NCBI GenBank assembly: GCA_050633305.1
Contig: JBOEGF010000044.1
Coordinates: 1-64,000 of the forward strand
Length of the DNA stretch: 64,000 nucleotides
Origin: Nannocystales bacterium
GTDB lineage: Bacteria > Myxococcota_A > Polyangia > Nannocystales > Nannocystaceae
Direction: 5' to 3'
Every line of letters begins with the position of its first letter. Positions within the stretch are counted from its first letter, which is position 1. A model generated the notes under the pieces. It made no database searches. It was not told where the DNA came from and saw only the letters and a program-made list of their open reading frames with translations. The position numbers were made by a program, and so were the translations under genes. Positions 9,633 through 17,905 of the stretch are shown piece after piece.

Positions 9633-12065
9633 TCAGCCGATCGGCTCGCAGCCCTCGACCGGGTCGGTGCTGTTGTTGTCTTCGATGCATTCGTTGAACG
9701 CGCCCATGCTCATGCCGTCGTCATCCACGACGACGGTGAAGGCGTAGGGTGGGTCCGCGGGGGGGGCGATGGGAAGCTCGAGCGTGAGCGTGCCCCCGGC
9801 CGGGATCGCGGTATCGGTGACAAAGGTCTGCAGCAGCGCACCATCTTCATACAAGGAAACATTCACGCCCGGGCCCACGCCCAGACAGCCCTCGTTGATG
9901 ACCTTGACCGAAAGGCCGAGTTCCGCCTCGGTGCAGCTGAACTGATCGAGGGTCAGGTCGGCGGCGGTCAGGTCGGGCGCGCACAGGGCCTCCAGCGAGC
10001 CCTGACCGTTGCGGCGGTAGCTGTTGTAGGGGTTGCCCGCGGGCGTGGTCCAGTTGGGGTCCTCGACGTCGGGGATGCTTGCGTCCACCCGGACGTTGGT
10101 CACGTGATAGCTGTGCTGGTTCCAGATCGGGAGCGTGCCGACCCAGTTGTCGAGGCGGTCTTCGAACACCTCGATGCCCGCGTCCCCGATCGCACCCTGG
10201 CCGGACTCGTTGTTGGTGCTGACGATGATCTCGGCTTTGAAGTCTCCATCCACGTCCGCGACGATGGGGTTCTCGGAGCGCGTTCGCGAGGAGTTGATGT
10301 CGATGAAGAGCACCTCCTCGTCGGTCATGACGCCATCACAATTGGGCCCTCCAGGGCAGTCGGGCTCGGTCCCTGGATAGATGCGGAGGTACCACTCGTC
10401 GCCGTAGATGACCTCGGACCGGCCGTCGCCGTCGAAGTCAAACACAGATGACCCCGTGCGCTGGGAGCTGCCGTCGCGGGTCTCGGCGTTCCACAGCTCT
10501 TCGAGGGCTTCGGTCCCGTTCCACTGCACGACCACGTAGTTGTTGCCACCGGCGGTTCCGATGTCCGGGATGTTGTCCCCATCGAAGTCGGCAATGTTGG
10601 GCGGTCCACCTGCGCCCCCTCCGGTGATCGCTGCCGAGGCCATGGTCTCACCCGTTTGGCCGTTGAAGATCGTGATGGCGTTGCTGCGCACCGTGACGAC
10701 CTCGGGTAGAGCGTCGCCGTTGAAGTCGGCCACGCCGCAGTACCCTTCGTTGGGGGAACCTTCCCAGAGCAGGGTGCCCGCAAAGTCGACTCCGACGGTC
10801 CCGGTGAACGTGTAGACCGTGGCGCCGGCGATGAGCTCGGGGCGGCCGTCGCCGGTGAGGTCTGCGACGCACGAGATGGGTCCGACGCCGTTGTTTCCGG
10901 TCGCACCACCCGCGGCTTCGAACAGGATCATCCCGTTGGCGTCATAGATGGTGTGCCCGAACGCGATCTCCGGGTTGCCGGTGTTGTCGAAGTTGGCGAT
11001 CGAGGGGGCTCCTGAGACGCCGCCGTTGTTGTGGTTCTCCGAGACCCACAAGACCGTGCCGTCGTTCCCCTGAACCGCGATGAGGGCGTTGGAGGTGGCT
11101 TCGGTGATAACCTCGGGGATGCCATCGCCGTTGATGTCGCCGATGGCGGGATGAGAGCCAGGATCGGTCCGGTAGGCTTCGTCGCCGACGGTCCACAGCG
11201 GCTGACCCGTGTCGCCATGAATCGCGCGAAGGATGCCGTTGGCCGTGTACGCGGAGTTCTGATAGGTGTTGAAGATGATCTCGGGGACGCAATCGCCGTC
11301 GAGGTCGGCGACCTGCGGCGTCATCACGCACTGATGAAACGCGGGGTAGTCGTCCTCGGCGACTTCGATGTGTGGCCAGGTCGGCTCACACAGCCCAGTG
11401 CCCATGTTGCACACCTCCTCGGTCTGGCATCCGAGGTCGCAAGCACGCTCCTGCCGGACGCCCCAGCTGAAGCGGGGGACGGGGTCGAACACCCCCACCT
11501 CGGGCTCGAAGGCGCAGCTGGGGTCGGAGAAGTCGGGGACGCACTGTCCCAGCTGAGGATCGCAGACTTCGCCGTCGCCGCAGTCGGAGCCCACCTGAGT
11601 CGCGCATGCGGCCGCAGAGCAAACGTCGCCCGGGACGATGCACTGGCCGACGTAGCAGAGCTCTCCACCGGCGACGTCGCAGCAGACGTCGCCGCAGGGG
11701 TCGTTGGTCCCGCAGTCGAGCACGCAGGCTTCGCTCTCGTCGCATCGCTCGCCCGCGTCACAACAGGTCTCACCGCACACCTGATCTTGGGGGCAGACCC
11801 CGGCGGTCGAGCTTCCCGTGCCGACACCGGAGGTGCTCGTGTCGCTTGTCGATGATTCGGTCGCCGTCTCGGTGCCCTGAGTTGTCAGCGTGAGCGTGCT
11901 GGGCCCAGACGAATCCGTGTCCCCTCCACCACTGGACTCTCCACCACAGCCGGGCACGAGCACAAAGCTGACCGCCAGCCCCGCTGCCAGCCGAGCTGTG
12001 CGCGCTGGCTGGAGTGCAACGAGCGTGATGCCGCGGGGAACCCGAAACCGGGAGGTCAACCTCAT
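9633..12065 (-). CDS. FG-GAP/VCBS repeat lipoprotein with Cys-rich region and C-terminal CARDB-like Ig domain
   Basis: Multiple ADLDGD.PEI / DFDGDG repeats, lipobox VPGC, and C-terminal PDL...VINEG...ECIEDNN. Confidence 0.85.
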   Translation of the reverse strand: MRLTSRFRVPRGITLVALQPARTARLAAGLAVSFVLVPGCGGESSGGGDTDSSGPSTLTLTTQGTETATESSTSDTSTSGVGTGSSTAGVCPQDQVCGETCCDAGERCDESEACVLDCGTNDPCGDVCCDVAGGELCYVGQCIVPGDVCSAAACATQVGSDCGDGEVCDPQLGQCVPDFSDPSCAFEPEVGVFDPVPRFSWGVRQERACDLGCQTEEVCNMGTGLCEPTWPHIEVAEDDYPAFHQCVMTPQVADLDGDCVPEIIFNTYQNSAYTANGILRAIHGDTGQPLWTVGDEAYRTDPGSHPAIGDINGDGIPEVITEATSNALIAVQGNDGTVLWVSENHNNGGVSGAPSIANFDNTGNPEIAFGHTIYDANGMILFEAAGGATGNNGVGPISCVADLTGDGRPELIAGATVYTFTGTVGVDFAGTLLWEGSPNEGYCGVADFNGDALPEVVTVRSNAITIFNGQTGETMASAAITGGGAGGPPNIADFDGDNIPDIGTAGGNNYVVVQWNGTEALEELWNAETRDGSSQRTGSSVFDFDGDGRSEVIYGDEWYLRIYPGTEPDCPGGPNCDGVMTDEEVLFIDINSSRTRSENPIVADVDGDFKAEIIVSTNNESGQGAIGDAGIEVFEDRLDNWVGTLPIWNQHSYHVTNVRVDASIPDVEDPNWTTPAGNPYNSYRRNGQGSLEALCAPDLTAADLTLDQFSCTEAELGLSVKVINEGCLGVGPGVNVSLYEDGALLQTFVTDTAIPAGGTLTLELPIAPPADPPYAFTVVVDDDGMSMGAFNECIEDNNSTDPVEGCEPIG

Positions 12066-12092
12066 GCCCGGTTAGACACCACTTCCGTGCCG

Positions 12093-13742
12093 TTAACCGA
12101 GAGCGGGTTCAACGCGGCGCCGCCGAAGACCAAGCAGTGCCAAGGGGAGGAGCAAGAGTGCCGTTCCGCCCTGGGGCCCGCTCTCGTTGCACCCACACCC
12201 GTCGTCGGACCCGTCGTCGCCTTGCCCCGCGCTGTCCCCATCCGTGTCCGCGCCGCCCGTCATCCCGTCGGACGTGTCGGGGTTATCCCCAGTTCCGCCG
12301 TCCGTCGCACCCGAGCTTCCGCTGCCGCCTCCACTGCTGTCGCCGCCTTCGGTGTCGCCTGCCGCGATGCCGACGGTGAAGAAGATCTCATCGGTCGTGG
12401 TGTGGTCCGCGTGGTCCTGAACCATGGCGATGGCTCGGTAGGATCCATCGGGGACTCCGGTCAGCTTGAACTCCAGCGCCCGGTCATAGTCGACGGCCTG
12501 CGCGAGTTCTTCGCCGGTCTCGGCGTCCTCGAGCGTCAGCTGCCAGCCGTAGCCGCCAAAGTCGTCCCACGGGTCGACCTGAATGACGACGTCCTCGCCG
12601 CTCTCGTACTCGTTGCCGTCGTCGGGGCTGGTGATCGCGATCGTCGGTTCGACCATGTCGATGCCGGCGGGCGCGAAGGTGGCGAAGAGGGTGTTCTTGT
12701 CGTGCTGGGCGTCGGGCACCCCGCAGTGGCAACGGTTCACCCCGGTACAGGCTGCGCCCTGGCCTGAAACGTTGATGGTGGACGCGCAGGTCTCGTTGAA
12801 GCCGAGGTCTCCGCCTTGGGTCGGAGCGTAGCCCGATGCCATGACGGAGTCGGAAGCGTTGGTGTGCCCCAACCCGAGTGTATGCCCGATCTCTTGGCTC
12901 GCGACGTTGGCTTGCTGGACGGCGGGCGAGCCCGGGAGGAACATGTAGCAGACGTTTCGCTGCCCAAAGTCCTCACAGTCCAGCGGTGCGACGCCACCAC
13001 TGGGACCGGCGGTCGTGTCCGAGTAGTGCCCGCCCATCATCACCATCGTGTATGGCAGGACCTTCGGCGGTCGTTGCTCGTAGACGATGCGAACCGCAAG
13101 GTCTTCGAAGTCGGCGGCCACTGCTTGGGCCGCGGCGATGGCTCGAGTCTCGCCCCCGGAGTAGACGGGGTAGGGGTGCCCGGTTCGGGCGATGCGAGAG
13201 AGGTCTTCTGCCGAGTTCTCGCCGCTGCTGGACATCGTCGCGCCCAGGTAGTTCAGGTAGACGGTGGCGTGGCGTGGCGTTTCTCCACCTGGGCGAGCGT
13301 CGTAGTCGTAGATGCCGGCCGGAACCTCGTCTGGGAACGCGCAGATCTCATTGAGGTCGGGGGCACCGCCGCCGGCAACTGGGCCCGTCTCGGCGACCAA
13401 GCTGTCGGCCGCATTGCCGACCATGTCGGCCCCGTCGAGCATCTCGTGGGGCACGACCATGGAGCCGATCTGCACCAAGCCATTGCCCAGATCGTGGGGG
13501 GCTTCGAGCTGGAGAGGCGCTTCCTTTTGGGTCTCTGTGGCGTAGTCGTCGAGCGCCGAGAATGAAGGGGTGGGCTGCGCGGGCGCTGCTTTCGGCGCGC
13601 CTAAATCGATCACCACCGCGTCAGGCGAGGGGTTGACGTTCGGGTTTTGCACGACCGTGGGTCGCGCGCTGACCGTTGCAGGCAAGGCAAGTGCCATGAG
13701 GGCCAACAGGGGAGAGGTGTCCCGAAGCTTCGATCCAACCAC
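12093..13742 (-). CDS. matrixin-like metalloprotease homolog with Ig-like domain and MYXO-CTERM tail
   Basis: QEIGHTLGLGH...SVM; PTIAITSP Ig domain; C-terminal DGCGC...LLLLPLALLGLRRRR sorting tail; start uncertain (13697-13742). Confidence 0.78.
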   Translation of the reverse strand: MVGSKLRDTSPLLALMALALPATVSARPTVVQNPNVNPSPDAVVIDLGAPKAAPAQPTPSFSALDDYATETQKEAPLQLEAPHDLGNGLVQIGSMVVPHEMLDGADMVGNAADSLVAETGPVAGGGAPDLNEICAFPDEVPAGIYDYDARPGGETPRHATVYLNYLGATMSSSGENSAEDLSRIARTGHPYPVYSGGETRAIAAAQAVAADFEDLAVRIVYEQRPPKVLPYTMVMMGGHYSDTTAGPSGGVAPLDCEDFGQRNVCYMFLPGSPAVQQANVASQEIGHTLGLGHTNASDSVMASGYAPTQGGDLGFNETCASTINVSGQGAACTGVNRCHCGVPDAQHDKNTLFATFAPAGIDMVEPTIAITSPDDGNEYESGEDVVIQVDPWDDFGGYGWQLTLEDAETGEELAQAVDYDRALEFKLTGVPDGSYRAIAMVQDHADHTTTDEIFFTVGIAAGDTEGGDSSGGGSGSSGATDGGTGDNPDTSDGMTGGADTDGDSAGQGDDGSDDGCGCNESGPQGGTALLLLPLALLGLRRRRVEPALG

Positions 13743-13811
13743 GACGCCGCCAGAATACCGAGTCCCAGCAGTTCTGTGCGGTTCGTGGGTTGTGTCGCGA
13801 TACGCGCCAGC

Positions 13812-16436
13812 TCACTTCACCGCCTCCCGACACTGCGCGAGCGCCGAGGACCTGCACGAGGCCAGTGCTGTTGGGTTCGTCTTTCCCTGTGCCGCGGCCA
13901 GGGCGAGCTGCGCCAGGGCGATCTCGGCGGCCGGCCGGTCGTGGGCCCGGAAAATATCCAACGAAGCCTGCGCAGCTTCAGCAGCCTTGCCGGGATGTCC
14001 GAGCCCTCGGACCGCCTCGGACATCAATACGAGGGTGCGCGCTGCGTCGGGGCCGTTCGGCATGCCGAGCGCTTCCCATGCTGCCATCGCGGCTTGGGAT
14101 CGGTCGAAAGCTGGACGCCACCGCTCCTGCGCGAGATCGATCCGGGTCAACTCGTCAAGCACGTTCGGGATGGAGGGATGCGTAGCGCTCTGCGAGGTGA
14201 ACTCGAGCAGGGCCGCCTCGGCGTGTTGGCGAGCCTCGTCGTGCCGACCCTCGAGTCGGCTGACGCCAGCTCGAATGGACAGGACGTGGCCGCGCAGGTG
14301 GGAAGGGGTGCCGCCAGCGTGCATCGCTTCGAACGTGCGCAGAGAAGCGAGTGCGGACTGCGGACGGCCAGCGTAGACGAGCAACGAGGCGCGATTGAGC
14401 TGCAGCGGTGCGCGCACGCGAGGGTCGCTCGCCAGCGGGTGTGCGAGTGCATCCCCGTACGCATTGTCCGCTTCGTCGAGTCTTATCTGGTCGGCGTACG
14501 CGTCGGCGAGCAGGCTGAGCGCAAACAATCCGTGGCTGCTGTCAGCGGGCAACGCATGCGTGATTCGAAGCAAGGACTCGATACTCGTCCCCGTGTTGCC
14601 CGTGGCGAGGTTGAGTTGCTCCTGGACGAGTTCGAGTTCCAGACGAGCACGCCCGGTCATGCCGCCCACGTCGAGTCGAGTCAGGGACTTTGCGTGCGAG
14701 AGGTGGGCCGCAGCGAGGTCGAGCTTGCCAAAGCGGAGCGCAACGTTCGCCCGTTCCATCGCGATGCCCACCGATATCGAGACGGGCAGGGCATCGTCGG
14801 TGACCGCCTCCGCTTGGTCGAGTCGCTCGGATGTTTGCGTGGGGTCGTCGGCCTGCCCTGCAAGGAGCAGGAACGCTTCGGCCTCGACGGCGTGCAGTCC
14901 GTGTTGGTGGCCCAGGTTCTGGGCTTGCATCGCGTGCTCGGTGGGGTCCTCGCCGCGACGGGCCTGGGCTTGGGCGAGGGTCAGCAGGCGAAGGCCGTCG
15001 CGGTTCGCGGCGTCCTGCGTGGTGGTGTCGAACTTCGACTTGGACGCGAGGCTTCCTTCGTACCGTCGCAAGGCGAGCGTGTCTTCGCAGCGGTCGACGT
15101 CCTGCAGTCGTGGGGTCGGGTCCACCCCCGGCGAACCGTGTGCGGCGATGTCCTCGACGACGGCGGACAACCGGGCTTCGGCTCGATCCAAGCACGCGCT
15201 GCGCAGGGCGAAGTCGGTGTCCGAGAGTGATTGCTCGATCGCGTGGGCGCGGCAGGTCCCGAGCCGAGCGCTGGCGATGCCTTCGCGGTAGGCCTCCAGC
15301 TTCTGGGCGGCGGAGTCTCCCGAGCGCCGCGAGACTTGTTGGCGGGTTGTGTCGTCCCAAGGGCCGAGCATCGACGCGGCGAGAACGTCGGGTTGGCAGG
15401 GGTCGACGACGCTGGGTGCGAACCAGAACCCCACGCCACTGGCGATCACACCACCGGCGAGTAGGGCGATGTTTCGCACTCTGCGGCGCCGTGCATGGAG
15501 CACATCTTTCAGCCCCGCCGCGACGACTCCCATGTCGGTGTGACGCGCGTTCGGATCGTTGCGCAACCCTTGCCGGACGAGTTCTGCGAGGGCCCGCGGC
15601 ATGCCTGGGGTTTTGCGCGGAGGCCCGGACTCGATCGACTCGAGGACGGCGGGCATGGTCTTTCCAGGGAAGGGCCGCTCACCGCAGATCGCCTCGTACA
15701 ACGTGACGAAGAACGCAAACTGGTCGGCGGCGGCGGTCGCGGTGAGTCCGAGCGCCTGCTCCGGGGCCATGTATGCCGGCGTACCCAGGACCGAGCCGGT
15801 GCGGGTCGTCGTTGCGTCCGCGAGGATGGGAGCGCGCAGTGTCTCCCGGGCGGCCACGCTTCGGGCCAATCCGAAGTCAGCGATTCGCGGATCCCCGTGC
15901 ATTCCAAGCAGCACGTTCTGCGGCTTGAAGTCGCGGTGAACGACCCCGGCCGTGTGCGCCGCGGCAAGCGTCTCGGCCAGCGGGAGAAACATCGCGGCGA
16001 CCTCCCGCCATGGACGTCGTCCCAGGTCCATCCAGTCCCGCAGCGTTCCGCCGGGGACGAACTCCAGCGAGATGTAGATGTCGTCTCCAGAGGCCGCGGC
16101 CTCGAACACGGTCACAATGCCCGGGTGGGAAAGCTGGGCCATGACCTTGGCTTCTTGCTGCAGCCGGACCAGCTCCGTCTCGGCGCGACGGCCTGCTGCG
16201 AGCTTGAGGGCGACCTTTCGGCCCAACTCCATGTCGGTCGCGAGGTACACGGCCCCCATGCCGCCGCGCCCCAGTTCGCGCTCGACCCGATAGCGGTCCG
16301 CGAAGACGTCCCCAGAGCATAGACTCGGTGGCCGGTAGGGTGGGGGAGATGCCGCAAGTGCCGCGAGGAACGACTCGAACTGCCCGTCAGATCGGGGCGT
16401 CTCCTCCGCGCTCGCGCTGCGGGTGTCCGTCTCCAT
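13812..16436 (-). CDS. Hanks-type Ser/Thr protein kinase with TM segment and TPR-like C-terminus
   Basis: LGRGGMGAVY, VALK, HRDFKPQN, DFGLA and GTPAYMAPE; TM after RRRRVR; helical repeats. Confidence 0.92.
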   Translation of the reverse strand: METDTRSASAEETPRSDGQFESFLAALAASPPPYRPPSLCSGDVFADRYRVERELGRGGMGAVYLATDMELGRKVALKLAAGRRAETELVRLQQEAKVMAQLSHPGIVTVFEAAASGDDIYISLEFVPGGTLRDWMDLGRRPWREVAAMFLPLAETLAAAHTAGVVHRDFKPQNVLLGMHGDPRIADFGLARSVAARETLRAPILADATTTRTGSVLGTPAYMAPEQALGLTATAAADQFAFFVTLYEAICGERPFPGKTMPAVLESIESGPPRKTPGMPRALAELVRQGLRNDPNARHTDMGVVAAGLKDVLHARRRRVRNIALLAGGVIASGVGFWFAPSVVDPCQPDVLAASMLGPWDDTTRQQVSRRSGDSAAQKLEAYREGIASARLGTCRAHAIEQSLSDTDFALRSACLDRAEARLSAVVEDIAAHGSPGVDPTPRLQDVDRCEDTLALRRYEGSLASKSKFDTTTQDAANRDGLRLLTLAQAQARRGEDPTEHAMQAQNLGHQHGLHAVEAEAFLLLAGQADDPTQTSERLDQAEAVTDDALPVSISVGIAMERANVALRFGKLDLAAAHLSHAKSLTRLDVGGMTGRARLELELVQEQLNLATGNTGTSIESLLRITHALPADSSHGLFALSLLADAYADQIRLDEADNAYGDALAHPLASDPRVRAPLQLNRASLLVYAGRPQSALASLRTFEAMHAGGTPSHLRGHVLSIRAGVSRLEGRHDEARQHAEAALLEFTSQSATHPSIPNVLDELTRIDLAQERWRPAFDRSQAAMAAWEALGMPNGPDAARTLVLMSEAVRGLGHPGKAAEAAQASLDIFRAHDRPAAEIALAQLALAAAQGKTNPTALASCRSSALAQCREAVK

Positions 16437-16443
16437 GATGGAT

Positions 16444-16468
16444 AGGTGTCTCACGCGCCCGTTGTGAC
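16444..16468 (-). promoter_or_regulatory. putative ECF-type promoter GTCACA-N13-ACACCT for the kinase gene
   Basis: Minus strand reads GTCACA-acgggcgcgtgag-ACACCT-atccatc-ATG(16436). Confidence 0.5.
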
Positions 16469-16514
16469 AACGTCGAAGGTTTCTTTTTTGGGCCAGTTTT
16501 TCTCCGCCGACGCG

Positions 16515-16539
16515 GTCACATCCACCCTCGGGCGCATCT
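16515..16539 (+). promoter_or_regulatory. putative ECF-type promoter GTCACA-N13-GCATCT
   Basis: Preceded by T-tracts and followed by an AAGGA RBS and the ATG at 16561. Confidence 0.58.
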
Positions 16540-16560
16540 GACTGAGAAAGGAACTCGAAC

Positions 16561-17019
16561 ATGTTCAAGTCGCTTCGTCCCGTTCTCGCCCCCATCGCCT
16601 TGTCTCTGCTCGCACTTCCCGGATGCGACGAGGCGTCTCCGTCCGACCTCGAACTGCGTTCGGTGCACGTCAAGACCGTCTACCAGACGGCCACACCCAC
16701 GGTGTTCAAGCTCGACATCCTGCCCCCCGACGACGCGCCAGGGAACGATGGCCCCGATGGTGGCGGCGGGCCGGACTTTGAGAACGTCCTGCGAAACGCG
16801 CCTGCGATCCTGGCCGCGGCCTATCAGGGTTCCATCGAGTCGGAGAGCTTCTGCCCGGACGCATGCGCCGAAGAGGACCTGGAGTGGAGTGGCGAGGTGA
16901 CGGCGAGCGCCGAACTCGGCGTCGAAAGCTCCGAGTGGGTCGAGGGCCGGGGCGGTGAAGTGTTGTTCGGGGAGGCCATCGTCGCCGGCGAGGTGGCGAT
17001 GGGTTGTGCGTGCGAGTGA
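16561..17019 (+). CDS. hypothetical acidic lipoprotein
   Basis: Lipobox LPGC, good RBS, FCPDAC and CACE cysteines. Confidence 0.8.
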   Translation: MFKSLRPVLAPIALSLLALPGCDEASPSDLELRSVHVKTVYQTATPTVFKLDILPPDDAPGNDGPDGGGGPDFENVLRNAPAILAAAYQGSIESESFCPDACAEEDLEWSGEVTASAELGVESSEWVEGRGGEVLFGEAIVAGEVAMGCACE

Positions 17020-17058
17020 CCTCGCGCGTCGACTCGTCGTCGCAACCCCCCTTGGTTT

Positions 17059-17673
17059 CTAGCCCGACGAGCCGGAGGCGTACGTCTGCATTTCTTGGCG
17101 CAAGCGCTCCTTGAGTCGTTCGAACCGCTTGCGTAGTGCCGCGGAGCGTTGCGCAGCCGACCGACCATCGTCGGGGTCGGCGAGAACCTCTGCGATGCTG
17201 CCCCACGACATGTTGCGGTCGACTCTCAGGATGAGAAGCGACTGCTCGTCCGGGTCGAGAGCCTCTCGAATCTGCTGCAAGCGGTCCTTGGCCTGCGTCC
17301 GAACATGTCGCGGCGTCGTCGAGCGAACTCGGTCGGCGAGCTTGCTGACCTCCGAGCTGGAGAACGCATCGACCCGCCCGCGGGGCCCCCGTGCTGCTCG
17401 AATTCCGGATCGCAGCAGGTTGCGCGCGATGACGTAGCTCCACGTCCGCAGGCTGCTCTTCCACTGGAAGTCGGGCAGGTTCTTCCAGAGCCGCTCACAG
17501 AGCTCGGAGAACAGGTCGTCCGGCTCCAGGGGTGGTCGGGCCATCGCGTGGAGGTAGCCCAGGAGTTCCGACCCATAACGGTCCAGGGCCATCGTTGCGG
17601 CTCGGTCGAAAGCCTTGGCATCCCAGGCCTCCCGGAGTTCCGACTCGTCGGGTCCTTCGTTGGGGTCCGCCAC
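17059..17673 (-). CDS. ECF sigma-70 factor (myxobacterial, kinase-associated)
   Basis: Region 2 DDLFSELCERLWKNLPDF..SSLRTWSYVIARN; region 4 LILRVDRNMSWGSIA..LRKRFERLK. Confidence 0.88.
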   Translation of the reverse strand: MADPNEGPDESELREAWDAKAFDRAATMALDRYGSELLGYLHAMARPPLEPDDLFSELCERLWKNLPDFQWKSSLRTWSYVIARNLLRSGIRAARGPRGRVDAFSSSEVSKLADRVRSTTPRHVRTQAKDRLQQIREALDPDEQSLLILRVDRNMSWGSIAEVLADPDDGRSAAQRSAALRKRFERLKERLRQEMQTYASGSSG

Positions 17674-17905
17674 AGCCGTAGGGTAGCAGGCAGGACCAGA
17701 CCGGGCCGCATCGAGGGGACCGATCGAAAAACGCGCGAATCGGGGACGGGGGATCGTCAAACGGGATGTTGGACCGGGCGGCCATCGATCATCCCGATCG
17801 CACAGACAACCACCTGATCAGATTGATCGGGTTGCGCTGAGAAAAAGCGAACGAATCAGCGCGAAAGGCTAGACAGGGATCTCGCTTTGACCATAATGGC
17901 GGCCC

